The translations under genes and the position numbers were made by a program. The notes under the pieces were generated by a model, which worked only from the letters and a program-made list of their open reading frames with translations, ran no database searches and had not been told where the DNA came from. From positions 310,001 to 374,000 of the forward strand of contig JBODTK010000130.1 of the NCBI GenBank assembly GCA_050613775.1: a stretch of DNA of 64,000 nucleotides, given 5' to 3'. Source of the stretch: Neocallimastix sp. 'constans' (lineage: Eukaryota). This document shows, in pieces, positions 1 through 13,829 of this stretch. Within the stretch, counting starts at the first letter, position 1; each line of letters starts with the position of its first letter.

Positions 1-1
1 T

Positions 2-181
2 GGTAATATATGGTGTGAAAATATTTATAATGATTATTTAGAAGTGATTTTATATAGTGATCATTCTCCAGGAAATGCTCGTGTTAATGGTGCTGTTAGT
101 AATTTCAAAATATTTGCTAAAACCTTTAATTGTCCAATAAATTCCAAAATGAATCCAAAAGATAAATGTGAAATTTGGTAA
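2..181 (+). CDS. 3' end (partial) of an M13-family zinc metallopeptidase (neprilysin/ECE-like)
   Basis: Frame +2 reads GNIWCENIYNDYLEVILYSDHSPGNARVNGAVSNFKIFAKTFNCPINSKMNPKDKCEIW-stop (TAA 179-181). The HSP..RVNG..N...F...F.C...S.MNP..KC..W pattern is the characteristic M13 C-terminus. Confidence 0.9.
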   Translation, partial: GNIWCENIYNDYLEVILYSDHSPGNARVNGAVSNFKIFAKTFNCPINSKMNPKDKCEIW

Positions 182-1100
182 ATTGACTTTTTATTGAATT
201 ATTCATTAAAAAAAAAAAAAAAAAAAAAAAAACTTTAATAATAAAAATATAAAAGTAGAAAAGTTTTATATAAAAAACTAAAGATATATAAAAATATAAA
301 AATATAATAATAATAGAATTTCAAATCAACCCAGATTTTAATTAAAATAAATAGAAATAAAAGTAAAAAAAAAAAAAAATAAAAAAAATAAAAAAAATAA
401 TAGAAAAAAAAAAAAAAAATAAAAAAGAAAGAATTAAAAAATAATATATATATTTAAAATAACTTGAATATATATATAAAATTAAAAAATAATATATATA
501 TTTAAAATAACTTGAATATATATAATAAATAAAAATTTAGAATGAATATAATATTGAATGAAATAATATTACCATCCATAGAAAAAATAGAAATATATAT
601 TTAACATAGATTCTATTATAAATCAAATAAAAAGTATAAGTAATTCTTAAAAATAAATAATAAATAAATAAAGGATCATTAAAGATATATCATCTTTTCC
701 TTTTTTTTTTTTTTATACAAAAAGTTTATTTTGTATTAAATTGATAACTCTAAATAATTATTTTTATATTATATTTTTATTTTTATATAAATATATTATT
801 TTATATAATTTAAAATTTTTTAAAATGGTTTAATTTCATTTTTTTTATATTAAATTGTATTATTATATTTTATTTTTTTAAAATTCAATTCATATTTTAT
901 TTTATATGTATATATATGTAATATGTATTTTATTTTTTAATGTAAAAATCAATTTCCTTATATTTTGTATTTATCATATTTAATAAAAATTAAAAAATTT
1001 ATATATTTTATTTTATTTTTTTATTTTATTTTATTTTTTTTTATTTTATTTTTATTTTTTTTTTTTTTTGGAGTAAGATAATCAAAAGATTTTTAGAGTT

Positions 1101-1134
<34 letters not shown>

Positions 1135-1799
1135 CATTTTTAATATTTCTTATTAAAAATGAAAAAATAAAAAAATATATATATATATATATAACAAATC
1201 ATTAAATTAATTTTTTAATTGATATAAAAATTATAAAATTAAGAATTTAAAGTTTAAATGAAAATTAATATATACTAAAATACACTTCCAGTGTTTTATA
1301 TATATATACATATAATTATATTTTTATATATTTAATTTAAAAAAAAATTAATATAAAAGATTAAGTAAAATAAAAAATATTAAAAAAATTAAAAAAAAAA
1401 AATTAAAAAAAAAATTTAAAAAAAAAAAAATCATAGAAAATTTAATGTAATAAATAATAAAAATAAGTTCAGAAGTTAAAAAAAATTTCTATATGATATA
1501 TACAATATGATGTATAGTGATCATCATTTATATCTAAAATAATAAAATAAAGAAAGTATCATTTTTAAAATAGATGCTGTGGTTAGTCCACTAAACTCTC
1601 CCCTGAAAATACCGAAAGATTCTCATAAAAAAAAAAATTACTCTCTATAGATTCTGTGAACAGAACAAGACTATTTGTTATTTTTGTATGAAATATATAG
1701 ATATTGAATATAATCATAATGAATTTATATATTTATTAAATGAATATTAAAAAAAAATACCTAATATTAATAATAATAAATATGAAAAAAAAAATATCC

Positions 1800-2150
1800 T
1801 TTAATTTTGTTCTATAAAAAATGTATTGGATCTGGATTTACTAGAAATAATATATATGAAACCATAATAAAATTTTTTTTTTCAACTTTATTAGATTTCG
1901 GAGCAGATATTCATGTTAAGTATAGATATTATCATAAAAAAGATTGGAATTTTTATTCTCAATTTCCAATTGTAATAAATATTCCAATAAATGTATTTTT
2001 TGTTCAATACCAAAATTATAATGATGAGCAACAATAATAAATTCATGAAGTACATCATAAATTTCCTTTGATTTTATTTTATTGCCATTATAAAAATATA
2101 TGCTCAAACATTCAAAAAAGTGTTGCAAATTTAAATATACTTTCATGAAC
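1800..2150. pseudogene. Decayed coding fragments, including an ankyrin-repeat-like piece (LLDFGADIHVK, + strand) abutting an unrelated minus-strand ORF fragment
   Basis: ORF 1807-2037 contains the ankyrin-like LL.xGADI.xK motif; ORF 1916-2146(-) is coding-like but unassigned. No complete gene structure. Confidence 0.4.
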
Positions 2151-2499
2151 TACTTTAATAAGAAAGTGAATATTGAGATATACATTAAAACAATAAGAAT
2201 AATAAAAATTATGTGCTTTAGATGTTATGAGTGAGGTCGTAAAGCTAATTAATTGTTGAAGAATTATCTAATTTAGTTAATGATTTAATTAATTAATAAA
2301 TTAATGGATTAATTAATGGATTAATAATCTTACCAAGATTATAAGAATTAGAAATTTAAAGTCGTATTTATACTAATTCTAAAATAATGGGTATTGGTAT
2401 ATTTAAAATTTCCATTTATTAACCCTATTTATATATCACGCATTTACTCAAAAATAAAAAAAAAAATATATAAGCAAAAAAAAAAAAAAAAAAAAAAAA

Positions 2500-2654
2500 A
2501 TGAATATAATAATTTTTTTAGAATTTTTTAGAATATTTTAAAATCAACTATTTAAATAAATATAATGCAAATAACTGGAATTATTATAACAATAGAGAAC
2601 ATATTACAAATAATACATCAGAATTCTTTTAATAATTATTTAAATAATCTTTTC

Positions 2655-2707
<53 letters not shown>

Positions 2708-3455
2708 AACTTTTTATAAATTAATAATAGCATTAAAGAAAGAAAAAAGTAGCTTTATTGTATAATAATTACGATAGGAGAATTAGAGGTTTTTTTTTTT
2801 TTAAAAAAAAAAAAATAAAAATAAAAGCCATTAATAGAACTGATGAAATTGAGGCTTTAATTGAATGTTATAAAAATAAGGAAGAAAATTTAATTTGTAT
2901 TGGATGTGATGATGATGATATAGTTGAATTATGGTACGATTGTTTAATTCATTTAAATAATATATAAAATTCTAATTTTTTTATAGATTAGTATTTTTTC
3001 TAACCTTTTTTAATTAAGATTATAATTTTAAAAGATATTATTTTTCAGTTTTTTTTATAAATTAAATTATAATTAAAACTGTTCCATTTATAATAGTTAT
3101 TCTTTTATTAATATCAATATCAATATTATATATAGTTTTTTTTTATTATTAATATCAATATCAATATTATATAAAGTTTTTTTTATTTTATTAAAATTTT
3201 AATAATAAAATAAAACTAAAAATTGTTAGAAATTTAGAAAAAATATAAAAGAGTAATAATAAAACATTTTTAATATATTTATTTCTTTAACATATTTATT
3301 TATTATTATTTTTAAATTATTAAATTATATTATTATCTAAGATTTTTTATTTTTTTATTTATTTTATTTATTTATATATTTATTTTTTTATTTATTTATA
3401 TATTTATTTTTTATATATATATAATATTTTAAGCCACATTTTGAGAAAGTCACAA
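2500..3455 (+). mobile_element. 3' remnant of a Mutator-like (MULE) transposon
   Basis: Broken frames give NWNYYNNREHITNNTSE, TFYKLI and RTDEIEALIECYKNKEENLICIGCDDDDIVELWYDCLIHLNN, collinear with the C-terminus of the transposase at 53902-54546. ATATCAATAT repeats at ~3108-3170 and subterminal AAGCCACAT at 3431 match other MULE copies in the window. Confidence 0.8.
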
Positions 3456-3876
3456 TTCCTTATTTCATATGTTTTACATCTTATAACAATAATAAAATTT
3501 ATAATAAAAAATAAATAATAAAAAAAAAATAAATAGTAATGGTTAATTCATTTTTATTTATTATTATTATAATACTTTTAATAATTAATAAATAAGGTAC
3601 AGAAAAAAAAAATATATATATATATATTCTTATACTTCATACTCTAAAAAAAAAAAAAAAAATAACAATAAAGATAAATTTCAAATATAATATAATCAAA
3701 CATATTTATAAAATAGATATTTTAATAAATAAATAATTATCAAGAAAAAAAACATACATACCAATAAATAATAGGTAAAATTATCTTACATAATAGTGTC
3801 TAATAATATCTAATAATAATAATGATTAATAATGAATGTAACATAAATAATGAATTTTTAATATATATAATCATAA

Positions 3877-3910
<34 letters not shown>

Positions 3911-4794
3911 TAATTATATAATAATTAATATAATAAAAAATAATATGATAAAAAAATGAGTAATAATAAATAATTTTGTAATAAAAATAACTTTAAATTT
4001 TGGTATCACTAATAATAATTAATATTAATATAATTATTCAATAAACAGATAATTTTCTTTTTTTTTTTTTAATGAAATTTGATAAAATATTAAAAAAGTA
4101 AAAAAAAAAAATTTATTTTTTTAATTTTTTTTAATTTTTTTTATCTTTTCTCTCTATAAACATTTAAAAATTTTTTTATTTAAAAATCAAAAAAAAAAAA
4201 AAAATTTTATTTTCCAAATTGACAGATAACCTTAATATTATTTAACAATTAATGAAAAATAAGGAATATTGTTGCATATAAATATTTTATTTTATTTTAT
4301 TTTAATTATATTTTTATTTTTTATTACTCTATGAATTACTACCATATTTATTTGCTGTTAATATTTTGTATTTATTTTTCTTTATTTTTTATTAATATTT
4401 CTTTTTAAAAAAAAAAATTATAAAAAATTAATAACATTTTATTATTAATATTCCTTTTTGTTTTTTTTTTGTTTTTTTTTTTATAATTTTTATTATAGCT
4501 CTAAAATATATATTATTTTAAAGTTAACAGAGATAAATTGAAGTCACATTTAATAATTATTTTTATTTATCATCAGGTTCGTTTTTCATTTTTTTTATTT
4601 AAAATAATTTCTATTATATTTAATATTTTTTATTTATTTTATTTTATCGTTTCTTTTTTATTTTTATTTTTATTTCTTTTTTATTTTATATTTTATTTTA
4701 TTTTTTATTTTATTTAAATGTTTGATAAATTTATTTTTATTTCATTATCAATTAATTAATAGTAATATTAATAAAAAAAAAAAAAAAAGGAATT

Positions 4795-4825
<31 letters not shown>

Positions 4826-7277
4826 GTGAGAACAGTGAATGCATTTTTATAATAAAATAATAAATAAATTTGTTGTGGTTTTATTTTTATTTTTTCACTT
4901 TCAATTATTCCATATAAATTTTTTTTTTTTTTTTTTGAAATATAAAATAAAAAATAAAATAAAATAAAAATAAATAAACATATTGAGAAATAAATGAAAA
5001 TAAATATATAAAAAAAAAATAAATATATAAATAAAAATGAATATATAAATAAATATAAATATTTTTAAAAAAAAATACAAAATAATATAATAATAAAATA
5101 AAGAATAATAAAATAATATTACAATAATATAATAATAAATAATATAATAATATAATAATAAAAATAAAATAAAAAATCTTAATATTTAAAATATTTAAAA
5201 TAATATTTTTTAAAATTTTAATAATCAAAGATTAATAAAAAAAATAATAAAATTAAAGTTTTAATTATTTTTAATTAGAAAAAAATTTTTTTTTTATTTT
5301 TTTATCATTCATTATCTTTTTTTAAAATTTTAATAATTATTTATCAAAAATAAAAAATAAAAAATAAAAAAAAAAGTGACAAAAGTCAAAGATTAGCATT
5401 ATTATTATTATTATGATGATGTATGATGTATGATGTGTTTGTATGATTATGAAGAATTAACCATTTTTAATACCACCATAAATCATTAGTATTCGTTGGT
5501 TTTTGCATACCTAAAGATAGGTATATCCATATAAATATTTATTATTTTTTTTTTTTTTTATTTTTATTATGATTCTATGAATTATTCCAATAGTTATTAT
5601 TTAATATTATTATTATTATTACTATTATTTATTTAATATTATTATTATAAATTATTATAAATTATTTATATATTATCTTATGGTATTAATTAGTATTATT
5701 TAATTTTTACATGTTGATTGTAAATTTTGAAATTTTTTTTTATCATTTATCATTTTTTAGTATTCATTATAGTTTATATATACACTGATATAATGTTTTT
5801 TTTTTTTTTTTATCAAATACTTAACCTATCATTAATTGATAATAAATATAATAAATATACAAAAAAAATAATAAAAATTTAATAAAATATAATTAAATAT
5901 GGAAAATATAATAATTATATAATTAATAATAATAAGTTATAAATTTTTAAAAATAATAATATAATTTATAATGTTGAATATTAGAGAAAAAGTAGAAGAT
6001 TAAAGTATAAAAATAAATATTCTTTATTATTATTATTATTTTATTTATTATTTATTATTTATTATTTATTAATTATTTATTATTTATTATTTATTATTTT
6101 ATTTGATGATTATCTAATGTTTTATATTTTTTTTTTTTACATAATTTTTATGATAGATTTTAATAATTAAACTTTTTTTAATATTATTAAAAAAAAAAAT
6201 TTTTTTTTAATCTTTAAAATTTTTTATAATTAATTTTCTTATCAAAAAAAAAAAAAAGAAAAATTACCAAAATTTTTTTTTTGATAAGGAAAAAAAATTT
6301 TTTCTAATCAAAAAAATAAATAAATAAATAATAAATAAATAAATAAATAATAAATAAATAATAAATAAATATAAATAAATAAATTATTAATAAAAAAAAA
6401 TAAAAAAAAAGATTAAAAATAAAAAAAAAGGAAAAATTTAAAAAAGTTTAGATAAATGTATTGATAATATATCAAAATATAATTTAATATATTATCAATT
6501 TCAAGAATCAAAATTTTAATTTTTAAAAATTTTTTTAAATAAAAAAAAAAAAGAAAATTAAAAAATTAAAAAAAAAATTAATTCAACAATTTTCTTTTAA
6601 AGTTTTTCTTTTTTTTTTTTTTTAATCTGTATTTTATATTTATTTTATATTTATTTTATATTTATTTTATATTTATTTTATATTTATTTTATTTTATATT
6701 TATTTTTTTTAAAAAGATATATATAAATTAAATTTTATATCTTTTTTTTCTTTTCTTTTTTTAAAAATTAAAATAAAATAAAATAAAAATTCATATTGAT
6801 TATAAAATAATCAAATTAAAAAATAATAATAATAATAATAAATGAAATGAAATGAAATGAAAAATATTTTAAAATAGAATTATTAAAAGAAAGTTTTTTT
6901 TATTTTTATTTTTTTATTATCTAAAACGTTTTATATAATAATTTAGTTTTAATTAAAAAATTAATCAGAAATAAAAGGAAGGAAAAAAGATCAAAAAAAA
7001 ATTTTTTAATTTTCTTTAAAAAAAAAAAAAAATAATAAAAAAAAAATACATAAAAAATAAAAAATTTAAAATTTAATAATTAAATAATTATAATATATAA
7101 TAAAATAAAAATAAAAATAAATTTATACCAACAAATATATATATATAAAAAAAAAGATATAAATAAGAAAAAATAAAAAAAAAAAAATAAAAATAAAAAA
7201 AAAGTATTATTAAAATTATTAACAAAAAAATTTTATATAAAAAAAAAATTACTATCTGAAAACTAAAAACGAAAAAA

Positions 7278-8650
7278 ATGTTTATTGAAAAGTAGATATT
7301 TTTAATTTTATTTATATTTAATTTTTAATTATAAAAAAAACTTTATAAATTATATTTTTTTTTAAAAAAAAATTTATATAATAAATACTAAATAATAATA
7401 AATGATAAATAATAATAAATAGAAATAAATAATAAATAGTAATAAATAATAAATAATAAATAGTAAATAATAAATAATTAAAAGAGTATTTATTAATAAA
7501 TAATAAATAATAAATAATAAATAATTAAAAGAGTATTTATTAATAAATAATAAATAATAAATAATAAATAATAAATAATAAATAATAATAGTAATAATAA
7601 ATAATAATAAATAATAAATAATAAATAATAAATAATAATAGTAATAGTAATAATAAATAATAATAATAAGAGTAATAATAAATAATAATAGTAATATTAG
7701 TAATAATAGTAATAATAATAATAATAGTATTAATAATAATAATAGTAATAATAATAATAATAGTAATAATAATAATAATAGTAATAATAATAATAGTATT
7801 AATAAATAATTGTTATTATATCTTTTTCTTTTTCTTTTTTTTATATTATATCATTTTATTTATTTTTAACCTATTATTTTATTTTATTTGAGGTGTAAAC
7901 AACAGGAATCCTTTATTTTAAAATATTTTCCTCTATAATAAATAAAATAATAATTATTAACATATCATTAATAAATATCTTTTTTTTTTTTTAAACAAAA
8001 AAAATTTTTATATTTTATTTTTTAAAGGAAAATTCTTCTTATTGGTTCTGGTTCCATCGCTGGTCCTTGTCTTAACTACCTTTTAAGAAGACCAGAAAAC
8101 AAGGTTACTGTTGGTAAATTTTTTTTTCTTAATAATATTAGCAGAATAAAAAAAAAATTAGTTATTTATCTTTTAATGAATGAAAATTCAAATATATATA
8201 AATATAAATATAAATATAAATATATAAATATATAAATATATATTTATTTATATATCTATATATTTATATTTTTTTTATATAATAAATAATTTATTAATTC
8301 AACGAATAAAATTAAAAATAATAAATAATTATTTATTATATTAAATATCATATTAGCGAGTAGAACGCTCTCTAAGGCTCAGAGATTATGCTATGGTCGC
8401 CCAAATGCAATTCCAATTGTCCTTGATGTTTCCAATGAAGCTCAGTTAGATTCTGAAGTTGCCAAACATGATATTGTTATCAATTTAATTTCCTATCTTT
8501 ATCATCCAATTGTTATAAAGTCCTGTATTAAAAATAAGAAACACTGTTGTACCACTAGTTATATTTCTCCCGTAATGGCGGGAATGGATGAAGCGTAGGT
8601 TTAAAATTTTTTTTTAAAATTGTTTATACCAAAAAAAGAAAAAAAAAATC

Positions 8651-8683
<33 letters not shown>

Positions 8684-10059
8684 TATTAAAATTCAAAAAA
8701 TATTATCGTTTATATTAAAACAAATTCATTAATATATATAATTTATATTAATATAAATATAATTAAATTGAATTTAAATATTATTCAATATTTAAAATCT
8801 ATATTAATACAAATATGTTAGAGTTTAATAATAAATATAGTATTTTTTTTTTTTTTTTTTGTAAAAAAATATTTAAAATTCAATTTAAATTATAATGTTT
8901 TATTAATATGAGTATATATATATAAATCAAAATTTAAATATTAATTATATTATAACATTAACACGAATCCTTAAAAAAAAATTTTTTTAATTTAATAAAT
9001 ATTATTAATATTATATATATAAATATATAATGTAATAGAGCTAAGGAAGCTGGCGTTATATGTATGAATGAAATTGGTATTGATCCAGGAATTGATCAAA
9101 TTTATGCTCTAAAAACGATTAATGAAATTCATGAAAGAAAAGGAAAGATCATTTCCTTCACTTCATGGTGTGGGGCTCTTCCAATACCGGAGGATTCCAA
9201 TAATCCATTAGGTTTTATGATCTCTCGATCTTCTCGTAATGCCCTCCTCTCCCATAAAAACAGTGTTCGATTCCTAAAGGATGGTAAAATCGTCGAGATT
9301 AAAAATGTTCAGGATGCCTTACTGAAGAATGCTACACCGGTCTTTATTTACCCAGGCTATGCTTTTGCCGGTTATGCTAATCATGATTCCATCCCATGTA
9401 TTGAGAGATACCAAATGTTTGAAGTGAAAAATTGTATGCGAGGCACTCTCCGCTATCAAGGTTTCCCAGAATTTGCTCAAGCCCTCGATGATCTTGGTTT
9501 CTTGGATGACAGTCCAAAAGATTTCCTTGCCAGAGAGGCGCCTCCGCTTACCTGGAATGTGGCCCTTGCGAAACTTTTAGGCATGAAGGCCACGGATGAG
9601 GCTTCCTTAAAGCAAGCAGTGATTGAAAAATGTCATCTGGAAGGGAAAACCCAAGATACCATTCTTTACTACTTAAATTGGTTCGGTTTATTCTCGTCGG
9701 AGGAACCGATGGTTCAAACCGGTAACTATCTTGATTGTTTATGTGCGACCATTGAGCAAAAGTTACAATACTGTAAAAATGAGCGGGATATATGTATTCT
9801 TCAACACAAATTTAAAATAGAAGAAGCCGATGGCACCATTAACAATGTGAACTATACAGGCCTCTGGACAGGTAGTGTGGATGGTGATAATGCTATGGCT
9901 ATTACCGTGGGTCTTCCATGTGGTATTGCCGTTCAACTTATTCTAGATGGGGTGATTAAGCGACGTGGGGTGATTGCCCCACTAGAAAAGGACATCTATC
10001 AACCCATTTTAGAAACCTTAGCGATGGAAGGAATTTATATGGTGGAAGAAAAGTGGTAA
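7278..10059 (+). CDS. LYS9: Saccharopine dehydrogenase (NADP+, L-glutamate-forming)-like protein, ~452 aa; exons 7278-7291, 8028-8113, 8357-8594, 9039-10059
   Basis: GT-AG introns join in frame: MFIEK-KILLIGSGSIAGPCLNYL...ASRTLSKAQ...TTSYISP...MNEIGIDPGID...SWCGALP...RGTLRYQGF...AMAITVGLPCGIA. This gives a Rossmann GSG motif and Lys9-family motifs throughout. Confidence 0.88.
7400..7805. repeat. (AAT)n / AATAAAT / AGTAAT microsatellite tract inside LYS9 intron 1
   Basis: Directly visible tandem repeats. Confidence 0.85.
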
Positions 10060-10256
10060 AAATCAAATCAAACTTAAAAACTCATTTTTTTTTTTTTTAA
10101 AAAAAAAAAAAAAACATTTCCATTTTGTTTATGAATAATATGTACCAATTATTATATATGTTGGTACTTAGTGACATCCTCCTTCGAATATCCGCTTTGT
10201 AGTTAAGCAGTAACTATTTAAGATATATTCGGATAAAAATAAGTATACGTAAAAAC

Positions 10257-10294
<38 letters not shown>

Positions 10295-10591
10295 GAAAAA
10301 AATCTTATAATCTTTTTAATTACTATTATTATTATCTAATTTTTTTTTATCTTTTTTATTTTTTTTTTTATTTTGTATTTTTTTTTATTTTTTTTTTATT
10401 TTGTATTTTTTATTTTTCTTTTTTTTTTTTTTTTCAAATTTCATTTTTCTTTAGTTTTAATTAATTTTTATTTTTATTTTTATTTTTAGTTTTTGTTTTA
10501 GTTTTAGTTTTAGTTTTTTATTTTATTTTTTTTTTTTTAAAAAAAAATTTCATTCAAAATAGTTTTAAAAAATAAATCAATATCAACAGTA

Positions 10592-10624
<33 letters not shown>

Positions 10625-11194
10625 CAAGATTTAAACTAATTTTATTAAAAAAAAAATTAAAATAATTTTTAATTATTATATGTATACCATCATAAATCAA
10701 TGTAAATAGAAATTAAATATAATTAAAACTATTTTAATATTTTTTTATATATATATATATAAAGTAATTTAATTAAATAATTATCAAAATTTTAATAATA
10801 ATAATAATGATAATAATAATAATAATAATAAATATATAAATATAATTCTTAAAAGTAATTTTATTTTTTCATGTTCATTTTACAATTTATAATAATAATT
10901 TTTAAACACTTTATTCATATTTACATTTAATCAAACTATAAAAAAAAAAGAAGTATTCTTTTTATTCTTTTTTATTTTTTTTTTAATTCAATATTTTTCA
11001 TTTACTTTTTTCTTTTTTTTTTATCTCAATATTTTATATTCATTTATTTTATACCACTTATCAAAACTTCTTTTCTTAATATTTACAATATTTTTTTTTT
11101 TGTTGTTGTTGTTGTTGTTGATAATATTAACATCAAATTATATAAAAATTTTTGAAATAAAAAAAAAAAAAAAAAATTTTTTTTTTTTAAACCA

Positions 11195-11779
11195 TCTCAG
11201 GAATGAATTAAATTATTAAATCATAAAAATTCCATATCTAAAAAAAAAAGGTTTTTAAATTTTCTTTTTTTGGAATTTTCATAAAATGACTATAAAAAAT
11301 CATTCAATTATAATTGTTTTTCCTATTCCAAAGAAAGGGAATCTTTTCTAATGGTAATAATTATAGCAGGGTAATCTCTCTTAATCAATGTTGGTCTTTT
11401 TATAAAATTATGGTGCTTTTTAAATCAACTTGGTGCTTCTACAAGAAAATTAAGAAAAACATAACAAAAAAAAAAAAAAAAAAAAAAAAAAAGAATATCA
11501 CTAAATTTAAAAGAATGTTATCGAAATCATATTGGTCTGATGTTATGGAAAAAATTCCAAAGAATTAAAAGGTATAAAGGTACGAAAATTATGATAGGAT
11601 CACATTCAAATTTATTAAAAATACTAGAGAAAATTTTAAGGAAGCTCCGCTTTTTGAATACCCCATCATTTTAAAGTTTAAAGTTTAAAGTTTTTTTTTT
11701 TTTTTGTACTGGATTTTAAAGATTTTAGAGAGAGTTGGTTTTTACAAATACAAAATATATTTACCAACTATTGTAATTT

Positions 11780-11820
<41 letters not shown>

Positions 11821-11867
11821 TGGATCTTAAAGATTTAAGAGAGAGTTGGTTTTTACAAATTTCTTAA

Positions 11868-11901
<34 letters not shown>

Positions 11902-12926
11902 AAAAAAAAAAAACTTGAATTGTATTATTTCTTCTGTTATACTTTGAGAATTTTTTTTTCACGTTGGTAGAACATCATACCTATGGACGATAAAGAAAGT
12001 TAAAAAAAAAAAAAAAATTTTTTTTTTTTTTTTAAAAAAGATAAATTTGATATAAATTTCAATCAAAAACAAAAAACAAAAAACAAAAAACAAAACAAAC
12101 AAACAAACAAACAAACAAACAAACAAACAAACAAAAACAAAAAAAAAAAAATTTGTAAATTTATTAAAAAAAAATGAAATTTTGTGAAAATTAGAGACTA
12201 TTTAAAAAGAAAAAAAAAAAAAAAGACTTTTGTGAAAACTAGAGACTATTTATAAAGGTCAACTATTATTTAAGTATCCTGAATATAATATAGTATTGGC
12301 TTCGGATAGTGAGTATTTTCGTGCAAGATTTAGATATAAATATTCGATGCTCGTGTTATCAAAGCTTGCCATTAGGATTGAAGAGGACTGTCCAGAACAC
12401 CCCTCCTTCATTTTTATATAAAGAGAAAATAGTATAGTTATCTCTCCGATTGGACCATTGGTTGTCTAAATGCTATCTTTTCCATGAGTTTCAAAATAAA
12501 ATATTAATGTATGGATATTGAAATTCCTTTTGAAAATATATTTTTTTTCTTTTTTGTAATTATCAGAATGTTATCGAACATCAAATGAGAATAGAGACAC
12601 TATTGTCACAGATAGGAATCATGTTGAATCAAATACTGATTTTGATAGTTGTAATGAAGTGTATACTAATTAGTAGGAATAATTATAACAATAGTGATAA
12701 TATTATTAATGTATGTAGTAATAGTATTGATAATGAAAATATTAATATTAATATTAAGAGATAGTGAAATATAATAGTATCGTTGCCAATCATGTAGTGA
12801 ATAGGTCAATTGGTGAAAATCGTGTTAATTTTAGTAAAGTTTCTGAATAATGAATGTGTAAATAATATATAAGGTAACGTGGTATCGAGTCGATAACTTC
12901 CTTCTTGATAGAAAAGACGCTGACAT

Positions 12927-12965
<39 letters not shown>

Positions 12966-13474
12966 AATGGAAAAGTTTTATTTAATAACCAAATCATTTC
13001 TGGTGATTTATCTAAAATTGTCATTTTTTGGTGCGATCCTGTGGCTCTTTTCACAGAATTTATACCAAAGGCTAAAAATACTCGGCAAGGATTTGTTGAT
13101 TGTTGTTCCCAATGGTATAAGGGCAAATTAACCAGAATCGTCAATGCTGAAAATGTAGTAAAAATAGGTCACCAGGGCTAATGCCTCTGAAGGAGAAGAC
13201 CATAATTTTTTTTTTTTTTTTTTTTTTTCAGATTTTCAATTCAAACCATAATCCAAGATAAGAATTTATTTATACCACTTCACTTTCATTATTACATTTA
13301 TTTCATATTACTCTATAAACAATTATTATGTTGAATTTGGACAATTAGTATAATTTTTTTTTTTTTTTTTTTTTTTTTTTATTAATTTTGTGTTTTTTAA
13401 AAAATTAATATGTATTTAATAAATTGATAAATAAATTAATATTTTAAATAATTGCGATTTTTAAAAGAAAAATG

Positions 13475-13495
<21 letters not shown>
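11195..13495 (+). mobile_element. Decayed, internally deleted non-LTR retrotransposon (LINE), copy 1
   Basis: Relic of the RT N-terminal motif IPKKG..S..NNY..ISL.N at ~11325-11390. C-terminal KFDARV/EEDCPE relic at ~12335-12400. The 3' ~900 bp is collinear with LINE copy 2 (29000-29863) and ends in an A-run. Confidence 0.75.
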
Positions 13496-13506
<11 letters not shown>

Positions 13507-13829
13507 TAATTAATATTAAATAATAAATGGTAAAATAATGAATAATAAATAATATAATAAATAATATAATAAATAATAAATAATAAATAATAAAATAAAT
13601 AAATAATAAATTTATTATTTATAATTTTTTTTATTTTCTTAAATACTCTAATAAATATATAACACAGTAAATAAAAAATAAATAAATTATAAATAAATTT
13701 AATAGATATTTTTTATTTTATTATATTTTTATTTAATAAAAAAAAAAAAAAATAGTTTATAATTTTATAATTTTTTTCTTTTCATAGATTATTGAATCAA
13801 TAAATAATAATAATAATAATAATAATAAT

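Noticed and set aside
4905..5228. 107-aa hydrophobic ORF (also 23506-23700, 23993-24286, 24888-25130)
   Set aside because: F/I/L/Y/N-only translations of AT-rich low-complexity DNA; no coding signal.
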